From the NCBI GenBank assembly GCA_020137815.1, contig CM035352.1, forward strand, positions 930,001 to 994,000: 64,000 bases of DNA, given 5' to 3'. The notes beneath the pieces are model-generated. The model ran no database searches and was not told the origin of the DNA. It worked only from the letters and a program-made list of their open reading frames with translations. Below are positions 24,171-38,754 of the stretch, piece by piece (the first letter of the stretch is position 1; the number at the start of each line of letters is the position of its first letter). This DNA is from Hormiphora californensis (taxonomy: Eukaryota > Animalia > Ctenophora). Position numbers and translations under genes: made by a program.

Positions 24171-25543
24171 TCATGGACTATGAGGTTTACCAATTTTTCT
24201 CTCCGCGACTTTAGTAACAGCTCCGTATTTTGGTTGCTCTAGAACTTTCTCCCAACTAACAAAAATGTCGTTAACGGCCACAGTGTCAGGGCTGGTAGAG
24301 CCATCGTACAACGCCTAGGGGGGCAATGTTGTCAAATGTACTAGTGTAGGAAGGACCCTCTGAGCACCCTCTTAAATGTTCATTGTTCATTCTGCACCTG
24401 TATCAGAGCTAAAAGCTGTAATTTCCAAAACTTTTTTCCACAAAACTGAAATTGATGCAGAACCCCATAAAATTTATTCCACCGAACCGAACTTTTGGTC
24501 GCTTCCTGGTCATACCTTTACTTGCTCAGATGTGAGGGCTTTGCTGTAGAAGTACACATCCTTGATATCGCCAACATAAGACTTTGTGGTTTTAAATCCA
24601 CCGTCCAATGAGCCGTGACCCTAGGAGAGAGATAATAGGGCCAAGTTAAAATCTGGGTGCCTTCCATTACTAAAAATATATTGATTTTGGCTGCGGAGAC
24701 GGGTTAGGTCGGCCCGTTAGGGTCTGGTTAGGATTTGGTTAGGGGTTATCGGTTAGTGCTATCGGTCTAAGTGTACTCTTTTTAGACAGAAAGATCAACC
24801 GAAGACATTCTCCTAGGCAGAATAAAAGTGATTACACATACCTGGCCTATGACAAAGTTTCCATCTTTCCCTGGCTTCTCGCCCTTGGACAGTGTAGCAG
24901 AAAGGACGTTCTCTCCATTGAGGTATCCCCGATACTGACCATCAGAGCTTCGCCAGCTGAGAGCGATATGGTGCCACTCCCCATATACAGGAGATTTATC
25001 TGGGAAAGTATTTGATATTGTATGAGATAATGATTTCTGTATTACAGCTGTATTATAATACTGTCAGTGGAGTTGTCAGTGGAGTTGTCAGTGATCGGCC
25101 AATCCTAACAGTGCCTATTCTGTTATGAACACTATTCCTAAATCTATCATGTCCCAGACTTACACACGTTAAGACAATCAGAGGATTTAGTTGGTGCATC
25201 TTGTATCCTTGAATAGATGATGCAACTGCTAAATGAATTAGCATTGTACCAGTAATTCATGGACTTTGACCAACTAATCCAAGTCTTGGTGGCGTAGGAG
25301 ACGATGCTAGTAATGTGGTCCGATATGGCGCTATCAGGTTTAATCCATCCAGAGATAGACAACTCAGTAAACGTACCAGCATCTGTAACAGGTATATCGG
25401 GTTAAAGGGAGGCATGGCGTTCTAAACTCATCATTACCGTTTAGATTCACTTGGACGAAGTTATCTTTGCTCCTCGGCGAAGGAAAGTGGAGGATTTGGG
25501 ATGAACAAACAACAAATACAGATAAGAGTATCTGTAATGCCAT
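24171..25543 (-). CDS. Secreted pentraxin/LamG-domain protein, about 5 exons
   Basis: Signal peptide MALQILLSVFVVCSS; ILHFP; FTELSISGWIK; SIVSYAT; GEWHHIALSWRSSDGQYRGYLNG (pentraxin-like signature lacking the Cys); FVIGQ; SYVGDIKDVYFYSKALTSEQVK. Confidence 0.75.
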
Positions 25544-26637
25544 TCTATCAAACTATAATATGATGGTTAGATGCCGTTATATTTTGTTAGAATACGATAT
25601 TAAAATTAACAAACTTGGATCTTCTGATGAGTAGAAAAATCAATTGATTCAGTTTGAAAAGCGCGCCACAGGGTGTTTATTTCCTTGTTGCAAAAAGTGG
25701 GATGAACAGTTTTACTGAAGGACGATTTTACTAAGTATAACGGAGGACGACGATGACGTAGAAAGGAACAAATTAATTGACTTCACGACTGCGATATTTA
25801 AAAGGTCGCATTGTCTAACTAATGCCTTGGCTTCAACACAGGTGCAGGGAAAAAGTTATGACAACTGGATCTTCTGAGGTAACGGGAAACACGAAATCAT
25901 TGATCAGTTGATTAAGTAGCTACAAGATGCTGAGAGATTATACGGCGATCAACCCGTACCAAACGAAACGGGAGGGAAATAATTTAAAAATGGAGTCTGC
26001 TGTTCTGGAAACAAAAAATGATCATTTACTGAGCTATATAAACAAGAATAATTGAGCTCATCCAGGGACCCTCTAAACACGTAAATTTAAAAGGGCACCC
26101 GCACAAAAAGTAAGTACTGAGTTATACAAAAGATAATATCTGATCCAGGAGCCTCTAGATCTCGTAGAAATAGGCACAACGAACGAGCATATGCTAGCCA
26201 GCTTAGTAGCATGAGAGAGACGAGCAGTTCACGAAGTCTCACGATCTGACTATCCTCGTCTAGCATCTCGAGAGAGATACTATCTATCTCCTCTACGATG
26301 ATAAGTCAGCTGATAGCCTATCATATCCAGTCCTATATCTGACTGACTATCTCTCTAGAGTGCGTGAAGAGCTCTAGTGAGTATACTGGCGAGTCTATCG
26401 TCTCTCTTCTTCTATTGTCTTCTCTCTCTCTCTCTCTCTCTCTCTCTTCCTCTCTCTCTTCCTCTCTCTCTTCCTCTCTCTCCCTCCATCGCTGTAATGC
26501 CCCATCATCGCTTATCCCCATAATAATAGCTTATGCCCCATAACAGCTTATCCCAGTGGTCCGTTACTCTCTAGTCTATCCCTCTATCTATCTACCCCTG
26601 TCCGCTGCCTGTCTCATCATCGCTTATCCCAATATAA

Positions 26638-26712
26638 TACAGTCGGACCCTGATTTACCGGGCCCCGATTTACCGGAACCCCGATTTACCGGGAGGATAA
26701 TCCTTCTCCGAT
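26638..26712. mobile_element. MITE terminus fragment (CAGTCGGACCC with three CCGATTTACCGG-like subterminal repeats)
   Basis: Same family as 23861-23943. Confidence 0.5.
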
Positions 26713-26747
26713 ATATGTAATGCCATTCTATCAAACTATAATATAAT

Positions 26748-26877
26748 GTGAGGAAGTTTAGTTTTCTCCTTCCGGCTGGGTTTTTATTGTAGAAGCGTTC
26801 TTCTACGCGTTCTTCTACAATAAAAACCCCGTCTACTTATTTTGTCCAGCCGGAAGGAGAAAACTAAACTTCCTCAC
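26748..26877. repeat. 130-bp inverted repeat with a nested internal hairpin (MITE-like)
   Basis: gtgaggaagtttagttttctccttccggctgg ... ccagccggaaggagaaaactaaacttcctcac; inner gggtttttattgtagaag / cttctacaataaaaaccc. Confidence 0.7.
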
Positions 26878-27259
26878 TGATATGCGGCTAATAAACAATC
26901 AACCGATCCATATTCTCTATAATATAATGGTTAGATGCCGTTATACTTTGTTAGAATACGATATTAAAATCAACAAACTTGGATCTTCTGATGAGTAGAA
27001 AAACAAAATCAATTGATTCAGTTTGAAAAGCTAAGAAAGAGTCTGAGAGATATATCGGCCGATCCAGGGAGCCTCCTACCAAACGAAACGGGGATGATAA
27101 TTTTAAAAAGAGGGCAGCTCTCTCTGGCACAGAAAAGTACAGTACTGAGCTTATCTAACAACAATGAATAATTATTGCTCATCCCAGTGGTCCCTCTCTA
27201 TATCTCTCCCTCAATATAGCTGTCCCAACAACACTTATCCCCATAATAGCCTATCCCAG

Positions 27260-27272
27260 CTCTCTCTCTCTC

Positions 27273-27334
<62 letters not shown>

Positions 27335-27361
27335 TCTCTCTCTCTTCCTCTCTCTCTCTCT
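27260..27361. repeat. (CT)n microsatellite (others at ~26400-26490, 29903-29965, 32371-32432, 46175-46245)
   Basis: Seen directly in the sequence. Confidence 0.95.
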
Positions 27362-29913
27362 CAATCGCTGCTATGACCCATCATCGCTTATCCCCATTAT
27401 AGGCCATAATAGTAAATGCAATATGCCCCATAATAGTAATAATAATATAATAATAATATCGAATATTTATATCCCGCTATCATGCGTTAAATATGCTAGT
27501 TCAGGACTTAAAAAACACCCGAGATTATCGTTAAAACTAACACCGCGTCTATAGCGGCCTTCTCAGGGCCAGAGAAATGCCATTCAAGCTATTTTTGATC
27601 AAGAAAGAAGAATGAAGAGAGAAGATTTAATCCGAGGAAAAAAGTATAAAAAAAATACGTTAGTATACGGTATAGTTAGGGGCATTAGTTGAGTAACTGG
27701 GAAAAAATTTGTGTCAAGCCGATTTCCCCACCAACGCGTCCCAACGGGCCGGGGTCCCCCTCCAGCCCTCCCGAGCCCCCCCCCCCCCCAACTCGGGACA
27801 AGGCGCAACATGCCCACTTCCGGGTCTACCCTCCACCTGCATTTCCAGCCCGAGGCCAAAAACGCAACCACCCCCAGGAAAGGAGCAGAGACAAAATCGA
27901 GGGCACCAAAGCGACCAGCGTCCTCGCATCAGTGGGGGCAGTTACCGGAATCAAGTCTCCATCCCATCCGGCCAACCAGACAACCGGACAATTAGGCCTG
28001 CACATAACCGTTCCCTGGCCAATACGGCCACAGCCACCCAGGAAGGGGTTGGAAGCTCCCCACCGGCGCCACCCTGCAGGCAAAGCCAAGCTATGGAGGG
28101 CCAACGTCGGACCCTCAAGCTCCACCCTCAACCGCTTAGCCGTTATTTGGCAGTAACGGTGTTTAAAATCGGGCTTTTTATCGTATTTTGCTCATTTTGA
28201 GCATCTTAAAAGCCAAATAACGGCCAAACGGTTGAAGATAGAGCCCAAAAGTCTGACGTCGACCCCCCCACAACTCGGCTTCACCCACAAAATAGCACCA
28301 ACGAAAAGCCTCCAAACCCCTCCCAAGTGGCTATAGCCGTATCATCCAAAAAACGGCCATGGGCAAACCCAATTATCCAATTATCCAATTAACCAGATGA
28401 GATAGAGACGCAATTTCAGCACCCAACCCACTAATTCGAGGACGCTGATCACTTTAGTGCCCTCGGTTTTATTTCTACTCCTTTCCTAAGTGGCTATAGC
28501 CATATAGCCAACAATAGCTTCAAGCTTATCCCAGTGGTCCGTTTCTACTCTCTAGTCTCTCCCTCTCCCTCTATCTATCTACCCCTTAATTGCTGTCCAT
28601 TGTTTCATCATCGCTTATCCCAATATAATAATGGACTTGGGCAAACACCAGAAACAGGCACTCAATTGAGGGACATTGTCACAAATGATCAGATATCGAC
28701 AGACATATCAGTAACGCGCCGAGTCTACCGACCTACTACAACCGCGCACACACGCCCAGAACTGCAAGCTGCGCTTTTAATGATATTTGTGCTGACAAGC
28801 GTCAATTGGCAATCACAAGGACACACTTGGTGTTACCAAGCGTATAATTAGACATGGGTTTAGAAAGTTAACGTTGTTAGTTAATGTTGTATAAAAGTGA
28901 ATACTTTAAACCAACGACACTTCGACTCACCACATCTTTCTGGACAAAACTGTGCGCGGCTTTGATTTTGCGCGTGCAGTATTTTAGGTTTAAATTGAAT
29001 TGCGTCCTCAAAGTCAAAATAAAACGAATCCCCTTTTTTTCTTTGATACTTGAAAAGCGGGAGGTGTTATCTACTGTCTGTTGATACAGCTACAGTGACT
29101 TAATTCAGCTCAGTTCGTTATGAGCTGTGCAGTATCTGCACAAAGAGAACGGGCGGAATGATGCCGTCTCTCTTTAATTCCGGTGGTACTACAATGGGAA
29201 ATGAGAATGCTATTAAACACTTGTGATTGTGGTGGACTCGCGAACTATCACAGAAACCACATCTCAATCATGTGATAAAACCCGCTTCCCAAACTGCAGG
29301 AAGGATTCTGAGATCCGTTGGTGCAAGATCCAATGAAAACCTTCGTCGGACCTCTCCCCGAGTACACCGTCTCTTTATGTGGTGGAGGAAATTCAACGGA
29401 TAGAGGTGGTGCTCATGCTACTGGCTGCACGTGGTGAGTTTCTGGCAACGGTCATCTCGGCTTGTACTCGCTACAGAGGAGAGAGATAAAAAATTTCCCC
29501 GCCTCTGGACATTTGCATTTCACAACCACAATTTTGTTTTCAATTCTCCAGCCAGTCCTTATGTCAATAGTCCGTTCGGTAACTAAAGCTTAACTGAAAA
29601 AAGTCAACTACAAAATATAATTCATGTCCATCAACTGCGGTTTCCATGTCCAATACCCTTCCAAAAGTAGTCAAGGAATCCTAGCAACTGGAGCTGAACC
29701 TGGTCACATGTGATCACAGGTAGATACTCTCACTCCCTTCCCTCTCTTTCATGTTCATGCCAGTTCTGACAACTATATCCGTCACATGGCATATCATGTG
29801 ACACAGCGAGTATCCCCTGTTGTTGACTGTTTTGTTAAAATTTAGTTGATGCACATATAGTTGTGAGAGACTAGGGGAGGTGTGTTCGCAGCAAGATGGC
29901 TTCTCTCTCTCTC

Positions 29914-29957
<44 letters not shown>

Positions 29958-32366
29958 TCACTCTCCTTTCAACGGCCGTCTATGATTTCTCTCCCTTCCC
30001 ATCTCCCCCTTGTTATCTATTTCTTTGTAACTTACAAATGTATTTATACTGATTGGCATTGGTCATTGGTGATTAGATGCAGCTTGATTTTTAATAGTTT
30101 CGGCTTGTATTGGTCGATCCGGTATTAGAAACTATTAATTTAATTCTTGCTCAGATCTCTTTATTCAGAATAACAAATCAATCTCTCCTTAACCGAGATC
30201 AGCCCGTGTATGTGTGAGATTTCCCATTCATCTGTTGTTACAGAGGGCGTGTGAGTGTGTATCAGCACCAGAAGGAGATATCAAAATTACTTCCCACTAT
30301 ACATAATACTTTATGCGTATAAGATCGATTAGGATACTTGTCCGTTCACCGTTGTCACACTAAAAGATATCAGGCTTCTCGCTGTCACAAAAGTGAGCTT
30401 TATACCTACTTCAATATTCTAGAAGTTAGGTTGAATTTACGTCAGGACTCAGGAAATGAGCAAAATGAGTTGTCAAACTGCAGCACCGATATAATGAGGT
30501 AGGTAAGCACCATATTTGGTATCCTATCTACTACTGGATTGGTTGAGTTCCTTCAAGGGGAGTGGTTGGTGATCCCCTATTATGTTATCCGCAGGCTTCG
30601 TTTAGGGGTGACTGCGTGTGGCTTTGTGTAGGGGTGACTGCGTCACCAAGGGGGGTGGGGACGCTATCATATATGGGGACATATCATGTGTACGCCGTTT
30701 AACTCATTTGGCCTTCCTGGATCTCCAACTGTATAGTAGACATTGTAATTGCTGCTAAATTTATTCCAAATTAATGCCCATTAACTGGATGAACTGTTTT
30801 TAATACGACAATACGTCATGGTTGTTGTAATAATGCTGAAATCCTCTTTGCTTGATGTTATATCTTTAATGCTGCTACTGAGAGACCGCATTGTGGCCAA
30901 GAGGAGAAGGAGAATGATCTATAAGAGTCCTATTAGGGAGAGAGATCTGAGAAATTACACCGAACAATCAGGATCCTGCACTAACTCCCCCCTTGTGAGT
31001 TGTCTACATGTTATCATTATACCCTGCATCTCTTGATCCAATTGACGTCATACTGCCAGGCATTGGTTTTTGACAATGATTTAATTTGTTAAGTATCATT
31101 TCTGAAGACATTAAGTTTACTCTTTCTCGGCAACTGTAATAAGGCGGGGTAGGTTACTACTGTTATGTCAAACTAGTTGCTATAGCAACGTTGTAGTAGT
31201 GGAGGCGTTGAAGTACATCATAGTAGAATCCCTGTTGTAGGATTTAGTAATTCGAGCAGGGCGTCTCTTTCTGATCTGTTTTTCTTCATGTATCTTCTCT
31301 TCTTTAATTGTATCTCCCTCTCTCTGAGAGAGAGTCTCTCCCAACCTTTTCTCGTATACTCTTTCTCTCTATGATCTCCTCCTACGTATGATGCATATTC
31401 CTTTCTCTATGATATTTTGTGTATGGTTTGATATGGTATTTTGAATCATGATGTCTCATCTCACAAATTTAAGTACTAAGTAGTCGAGACAGTAAAGGAA
31501 GAGAGACAGAGAGATGTAGATAGAAAGAGAAGGAAAGATAGAGAGAGAGAGAGGGAGAGAGGAAGACAGATAGTAAACAGATATTCCCTTCTTGGCGGCG
31601 TCTCACAGGACACAGACTGTACTGATAGATAGTGTGACACAGATACCAAACAGATACCAAACAGTGTGTGGTGGGTGTGTGTTGAATGATCATTGATCTT
31701 GTATTAGATGATAAAGGTGTCATGACATGTCATGTTGGGGAATGTCACCGATCAGCTACCTACTGCACGTCAAGAGGCAGCTGTTGATAGGTGTGACATC
31801 ATCACTATTGTTATCTTCATCTTCAAGATCTTTCGTGGTAGTCAGGCCAATATCATCACCCCATATTTCCTATTTTTGATTCAATTTGTCAAGTTTGATT
31901 GAGCGTGAGGGATCAAAAATCTGTTAGAGTTTCTTATTTTCTTAACATTTTGAATACTATTTATTGGTATTTTAATGATTGTATGAGCAATATCCATGAC
32001 TGTGATCATAGTGTCTACTATCAGTTGTGGAATGTGGAATCTTCTTGAGTGGTTTCCACATATTATGTGTCCTATATGGTCTCTCATGGAGGAGACTCCG
32101 ATAATAACAAGAGTATGATCCTACATTCTTTACACAGATTTGTAATCTCTATTATTGACATTGACAATGGAGATGTTAGCAACTCGTTGGATTCTGGAAT
32201 CTCCCCCACATTTTGCTTTGTCATATTGAACTCCTTTACCCAATAAATCATAATTTCCTTTTTCTAATAGCCAATAGGATTATGCCTCGCATGAGAAAAG
32301 GAGGAGGAGGTGGTGGGGGTGGTTATAACGACGCAGTTATGAAGCCCAGGAAATCTTCCAACAAGT

Positions 32367-32436
<70 letters not shown>

Positions 32437-35135
32437 ACCTTGTACAGCATGTAATGTAATAGTGTGTGAAATTGCTTACCAAATGTATGCCACCCTCCCC
32501 ATAGGACACATACCGTTAGAGAGGCCCTGGGGTGCCCCACACATTAGCAAAGAATGAGCGCGCGCGGACAGCAATTCAACAATGTTGTAAAGAAAGTACA
32601 CAGCTGTTATTGTTTTACCTACCGGCATGTGCGCGGCGTTCAGCCACCAAACAGCGGCCTCTCAATTCCATCACACAGGCCACTTGCTGCAGGAATCACA
32701 TAAAAAGCTGCAGCAAGTGGCTGTAATGGAAGGTTCAAGATTAGATTTCTGGCTCTTGTGTGAATGAGTTAAGTAGAGATTTGTAGATGTGACCCCTACA
32801 ACAAGCTTCCATTTTCTCTGCTGAGATTGTAATAGTATGTATTGCACTGCACCATACCTAATAATCTAACAATGCTGCACTCCCACACAGCACACACTGT
32901 TATAATAATAGAGGGGGGCCACTATTGTGTGTTAGCACCATATTATGCAGCACTACAGCAACATATTGTTTATAGTCCGTGTCTTCTAAGACTAAACAGC
33001 TGTCTCTCTCTTCCGCAACACTAGTAGCAGAGTCATACAGCGATATAAACAGATAGACACTGCCGGAGACAGTGTCTGCATCTTTGTCTGCAGCTTTTGT
33101 TTTCTTAAAGTCTCCATATATCAATATTTCTGTCTAACTTCAATCTATATTCTGACATTTTAATGAGTTGCAGCCTCAACGCCGGCTTTTCGCTAATGTC
33201 CTAGTGGCACTGGGCCATTAAACTGGTGAAAATCAGGCGTTGAGGCTGGCCGCTGGGTCGGGCAGTGGTAACTGGCACATACTATGCAACATAGGAATAT
33301 GGATCAGTCAGCGTGAGTGTGTGCAGGAGCAGCTATCTACAAGCCTCGTTCCCATGGTAATGTGAGTGTATGATGGAATTGTAAACAGATTCTCATGAGG
33401 CAAGTGGCATATAATAATCAGAATCTTCCAGCTCCTCTCTCTCTCTCTCTCTCTCTTCTACTTTGTTTTGTTTAGTCCTAACTTATAATCCTTGCAGCAT
33501 ATGATAATTTCATAATCTCTACAGCAGTAGAAAATCTCGAGTTTTTAGCAAGGCATTAAATGTCACACGTTATCGATAGTTAAACTTTATAATGTTATCT
33601 CTTGCTACTATGGCATATCAGTAATTGCGATCGATTGTCAATGTTATGGCAATCTAGATCTATTAAGGCTAATACGTTCAGGAGCGTGTCAGATATAGTT
33701 CGGTGTACTGGGATGTGTACATCATGTGTATAGCAGTGTTATATGTATCGCATGCATGTAGACCTAATATATTTAATAGCTGTCCCTCTCCCTCTAATTA
33801 GGGGGGCTTTGGACATAAGTCGTTATAAGTTCCATGACACATGTCAACTTATTATGATTACATATCACATCACCCCACCCACCATGCTGCTAATAATCAA
33901 GGTTTATGTGATGGTTACCACCCTGTAATTATGATCTGGCCCTGATATAATAATAATAATCAGGCTGTAATATACAGTGTATATCAAAACCCTTTTCGAC
34001 ATATTATGTTGCTGTGTCCTGAGAATCTTTCGTCATTTGCCTTCATTAATTTTATAGATGGCGATAGAGAGGGTGGTGTGTGTGGGCCTTTTATGTCAAA
34101 TTGTGACATTAATCTCCTGCTAGCTGGCAGCACATGTCCTCTCAACTCCCTCTCTGTCAGAGAGCAGACGGCACACTATTGAGACAGCTCTCCATCTCTC
34201 TCATACTGCATATAATGCTATGTGTATGTGATAGTCTGTTTCCGAATAGTGTTTGCGTGTAATAATGCTGTTTGGGGGCTCCCTCTCTCTTCTTTCTTCT
34301 TTTTCTGGATATAAACAAATGCAAAAATGCCGTAATATTTTTTGTCCTTCTTTTGAGCTGTATGAGATTGAGACAAAGAGATTGGAGAGAAGAACCGTCT
34401 GAATAGAGTTCTGTAGGAAAGTTCACTATTTCTTCTTTGTCTCTTCAGAAGGGATTGTCTTGGTGTGTCCCTGTCCATTTCTTGGCCACCACAGTCCCCC
34501 TGCATGTGTCCGGACATGTCCCTACCATTAGTGTGTACATCTTACTCAGTAGACGCCCCTCAACTTGTACACACTTGTTTTACCTTGCTTTCCAACGGCC
34601 TAATACATAACGTTGTTAATAATATTAACAATCATTGCCCACAACAGTTAATCCATGTCTGTTTAGTAAACAGTTTACCCGGCCCCTTTAATTCTCCAAT
34701 ACACACACCCTGGTACTAACACTTCCCTCCCCACTCAGTCGGCTGAATGTGTCTCTGATATTTAGTGATAGTAATTCAACGGACTACGAAACTTCAGAAT
34801 TGTAAGTATAGCCATTGGGCCTGCTGGGCCTTTACTAAGTTCAATGTGTATGTTGGTAGAACCTACATGAGCAGTTACAGTCCCATGTAGTGCTACTGAT
34901 AAAACCTGACACCACGTACCATGATGTTAATCGCATCAGTGCACTAGATAATGTACAATATACGGCCCCCTACCCTTGTATGTATTTTCAGTGTGTGTCT
35001 TGCTTCCTGTATTTACTGCAGTGTGCAGCAGTACCTACTAAGTTTCCCTCCACATGATATATGGTGTTGTTTATCCTCTCAGTCTCATTTTGTTTGAATT
35101 TGTCCACCCCACCCCACCCCACCCACCTAGAATGA

Positions 35136-38100
35136 ATGACTGCTAATGCCATGTGTTTCAGTTTTACTATAGGAGAGGACCGATCTACCCTTTACAGTAG
35201 AACTGCAACCCTCTCTCCCCCTGAGAGTCCGTGTATAGACCAACGTAAACTGAGCTCCGTATCTCGCCAGTCCTTTGCCAGTACACCCTTCACAGCCTCC
35301 CAACCTTCCTCCCCAGTATCTACTGTGAGTGAGGATCAAGTGTTTGTCAGGGATCCATCCCTCAATGTCATCAGATCTAGAACGAGCCCCGATCAACATC
35401 ATCAGGACTCAAACCGGATATATCTTGCCGATACAAGTAGTAACATGATCAAGGCGGGAAGGGACTCCTAGTGGTGGGGAGGTGGGGAGGTATGAAACCT
35501 GTTCGGAACAAGAGTGATGTGTCCCCTACCAAGGAAGAAAAGGAGTCTCCCTTCATGAGGAGACTCAGTCAGAAACAGAAAAAGAAGAAGAGCAGTACTA
35601 GTAATGGTATTGTGATGACACCAGATAAAACTAAATCAGCCCCACCCACCCCGGGAGCTAAACCAGGATCTCTTACACCCTCAGAACGAACACTTAAAAC
35701 GGACAATTTCTAACAGCAGTAGGGGGAGTAGTACAACTGGTCACGGGACATTGTCACGACGGCAGTCAGCTAGCAGTGACAAGGGGAACAACAATACCCT
35801 AACGAGAAAGAGGGTTGGTAGTGGGAGTGTGAGAGAGAGAAGTGGATCTAAAGCATCAGATACATTCATCGCTACTTGACGAGAACCTGCCCCCCTGTTC
35901 CACCTACTAGGACGGCATCAATCAAGGCTAGTGAAGTGCGGACATTTAGACAGGAAGTTCTCTCAAAGTAGAGGATCAATTCCCAAATCACCGGAGACAG
36001 AAGAGAAGAAGGATTGAGGAGTGATTCAACTGTTGTTTACAGTAAGTGATAAGCGTCTACACTGCGTATCAGTGTAGACCAAGCTATTCCGACGCTCTCT
36101 TCATATCTCTAAAATACTAATTCCCAATTGTATTTTCCACTAATTCCCTACCCCCTCATTCAGATGATTTTGAAGAAATGGAGGCGCTAATGTTGCAGCA
36201 GGAGGAACTAAATCAGCGGTTAGAACAGGAACGGTTAGAAAAAGAACAGCTTGAAAAGGTAACCCCCACGTATAAATCATTTGTGTCTGTGAATGTGGGC
36301 GGGGGGGGGGGGGTGTCTGTGGGGTCTCAGACAATTTATCAAAACTGGGCGAATACGGCAGGGTAGGGGGATGAATGACGTGTCAATACATTGAGTCCTG
36401 ACATCCTAACCCACCAGGAGAGGTTAGAGCTGCTTGCCAAGGTAAAAGTCTACCTAGACGACTTTGTTGAGTCTGCAGCCTCGTCCAATGATCACCCTGT
36501 TGATTCTCCTTTAACCACTGAACTAATTACTGATGATTATTGTGTCATTGAACCCACGTTGTCCAATGATTTGGACCCCCTCACTTTTGTAAACAACTCC
36601 AGTTGCCATGGTTACCCGCCTAGTGATTCTTCACCTGGTGATAGTCCCAATGATGTCACTGATCTGCTGCAGGAGGTGTGCTTCATGTCTATTTGTGGGC
36701 TTTCTCTAATGGCGGGATCTAGTTAGTTGTTAGAATGTTAGCTTATCTGTGTTTGCTTGCTTCTGGGGATCTACCTCATACCTGTGCTGTCAGGCCAGTG
36801 CTCTGTCAGAGCCTGTACCGATATTTTCAGTGTATAGAAATGTACAATGTATTCCATGTATACGATGTACACTAGTGTGGCTGCGTTTCACATCATCCGA
36901 TTCACACCCTGTGACCTGTCAGTCATATATCATGGCAAATCACTTTGTCCTTATAGACCTGGCCTAGAATCAGAAGAAGCGTGATATCATATCGTGTTGT
37001 TTGTAGTAGATTATTAGATGTGCAACTACAGTGTTTCATGTTCCTGCTACTACAGCTTCTTTGTCGTGATCTTTCAGCAGCCATGTAATTACCTTCGTAC
37101 CCCCTGTCCCGAGGATATTGTCTCCCCCTTCCTAACATGTGATCCCCTCTCTAACATGTCCCCCCCCCCTCAGGAGAAGGTGGAGCAGCAGAAGAAAGAG
37201 GAGGAGATGGCAGGGACAATAAAAACTCTAGAACAAGAGATTGTTAATGTGGATTGTCAGATGTTGAAACTCAAGGCTGCACACGCGGAGTTAGATGATG
37301 TAGACGACCTTATGGACCACAAGAGGTCTCTTCAGGTACATGGTGGTCTAGGTTTCCAACCCTAGTCATAAATTGGTGGTCTGCTGGCTTCCCAGTCTTG
37401 TTGGGACCCAATTATTCTAGGAATTGAGGTCTTGGTCAACTAGAACAATCTCCCCTACTGTGTAAATATGGATACTGCCCTGCAGGCCAAGTTAACGATG
37501 GAGAGGGGGAAACAGCGGGTTTCAGACGACCTCATATCTATATCAGGAATGAGCATCTACTCAGAACATGGACTTCTCTTGAGTGAGGTAATTAGTTAAT
37601 TAGTTAATTAGTTGTTGTATAATGTATTAATGTATACTCAGTAAGTATAATCAATTATTATATTTCACCACGTATGACCCTGTCTTCTTGTATGAAGAGA
37701 AGACCACCACACTGAGTGCCACAGCTGTTCGTTAGAGATGAATTCAATTGAGAGAAAAACTATATCGGTAATTTGTCAAAGAGTGTCATACTATCCCATT
37801 CAACTGCAGCAGCTCTCTCTCTCTCTCTCTTCCCTCCGCGCTCTGAATCGCCAGGTGGTTACGTGGTTGAGCTATTGGGTTTCGATAAATTAGTGGCGGT
37901 TTTATTCTCCTTAGAGAACCTTCTCGGTTGAGCTCATCTTTCACTGATCAATATGGTACACCCCACCGAGTTGTTGAGTAAGGGTGACATTGAGTAATAC
38001 CTGATACCTGTGATAGTATAAATGGTGAACTATAAATATCAGCTACTGGTTGCTCTATCCCCCCCCCTGGTGGGTGGTAAAGGTGGTGCACAGATCATGC

Positions 38101-38720
38101 AACCATTTATGATATTGTGTTACTCAATAACATGTTCAGTGTTCATGAAAGACAAAGATGTGTTCAGGTGGATTTTAAGTTCTTTAGTCTCTCGCATTTT
38201 GTGGGATTCTTCCCTTACAAAGCATGCATTAGTGGAATTTTAGAAAAACGAGAGAGAAATAAGTGGGGATGCCGGGTTGGGTTTCCTGTCCACATGTGCT
38301 CGCTGAGAGGAAAATATGGTTGTGAGATGCATCTAGCAGATCACCTGCTATCTCTCTCGCACCACCGTCCTATCATTCGCGGCTGGGTTATCATATTTAA
38401 ATAGGGGGTTTTTCTCCCCCCCCGTGTAAAGACAAAAAACACCCAAGTTTTACATTTTAATCTAGGAAATTTTAAAATATTTGTTTGGGTAATTTTTTTT
38501 TGGGGGGAAAATATTTTATTTTTTTAATCCCCCCCTTTTTTTAAAAAAAAAAAATTTTTTTTCCCCCTTTTTGGGGTTTTTAAAAAACCCCCCAAATTGG
38601 TTTTGAAAAAGGGTTTTAAGGGGTTTTTCCCTTTTGGGGAAAAAAGGGGGTTTTTTTTGGGGGTTTTTTTTTTTGGGCCCGTTTTTCTTTGCCCTTTTCC
38701 CGGGGCCTCCCGGGGGGGGG

Positions 38721-38754
<34 letters not shown>

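Noticed and set aside
24700-24760. Telomere-like ggttaggg repeats
   Set aside because: Few, degenerate and intronic; not a telomeric array.
27599-28200. GC-rich ORFs of 90-160 aa
   Set aside because: No recognisable domain; probably noisy repeat-derived sequence.
29190-29440. Possible first exon (MGNENA...) ending at a gtgag donor
   Set aside because: Frame closes after 10 codons and it cannot be linked to downstream exons from sequence alone.
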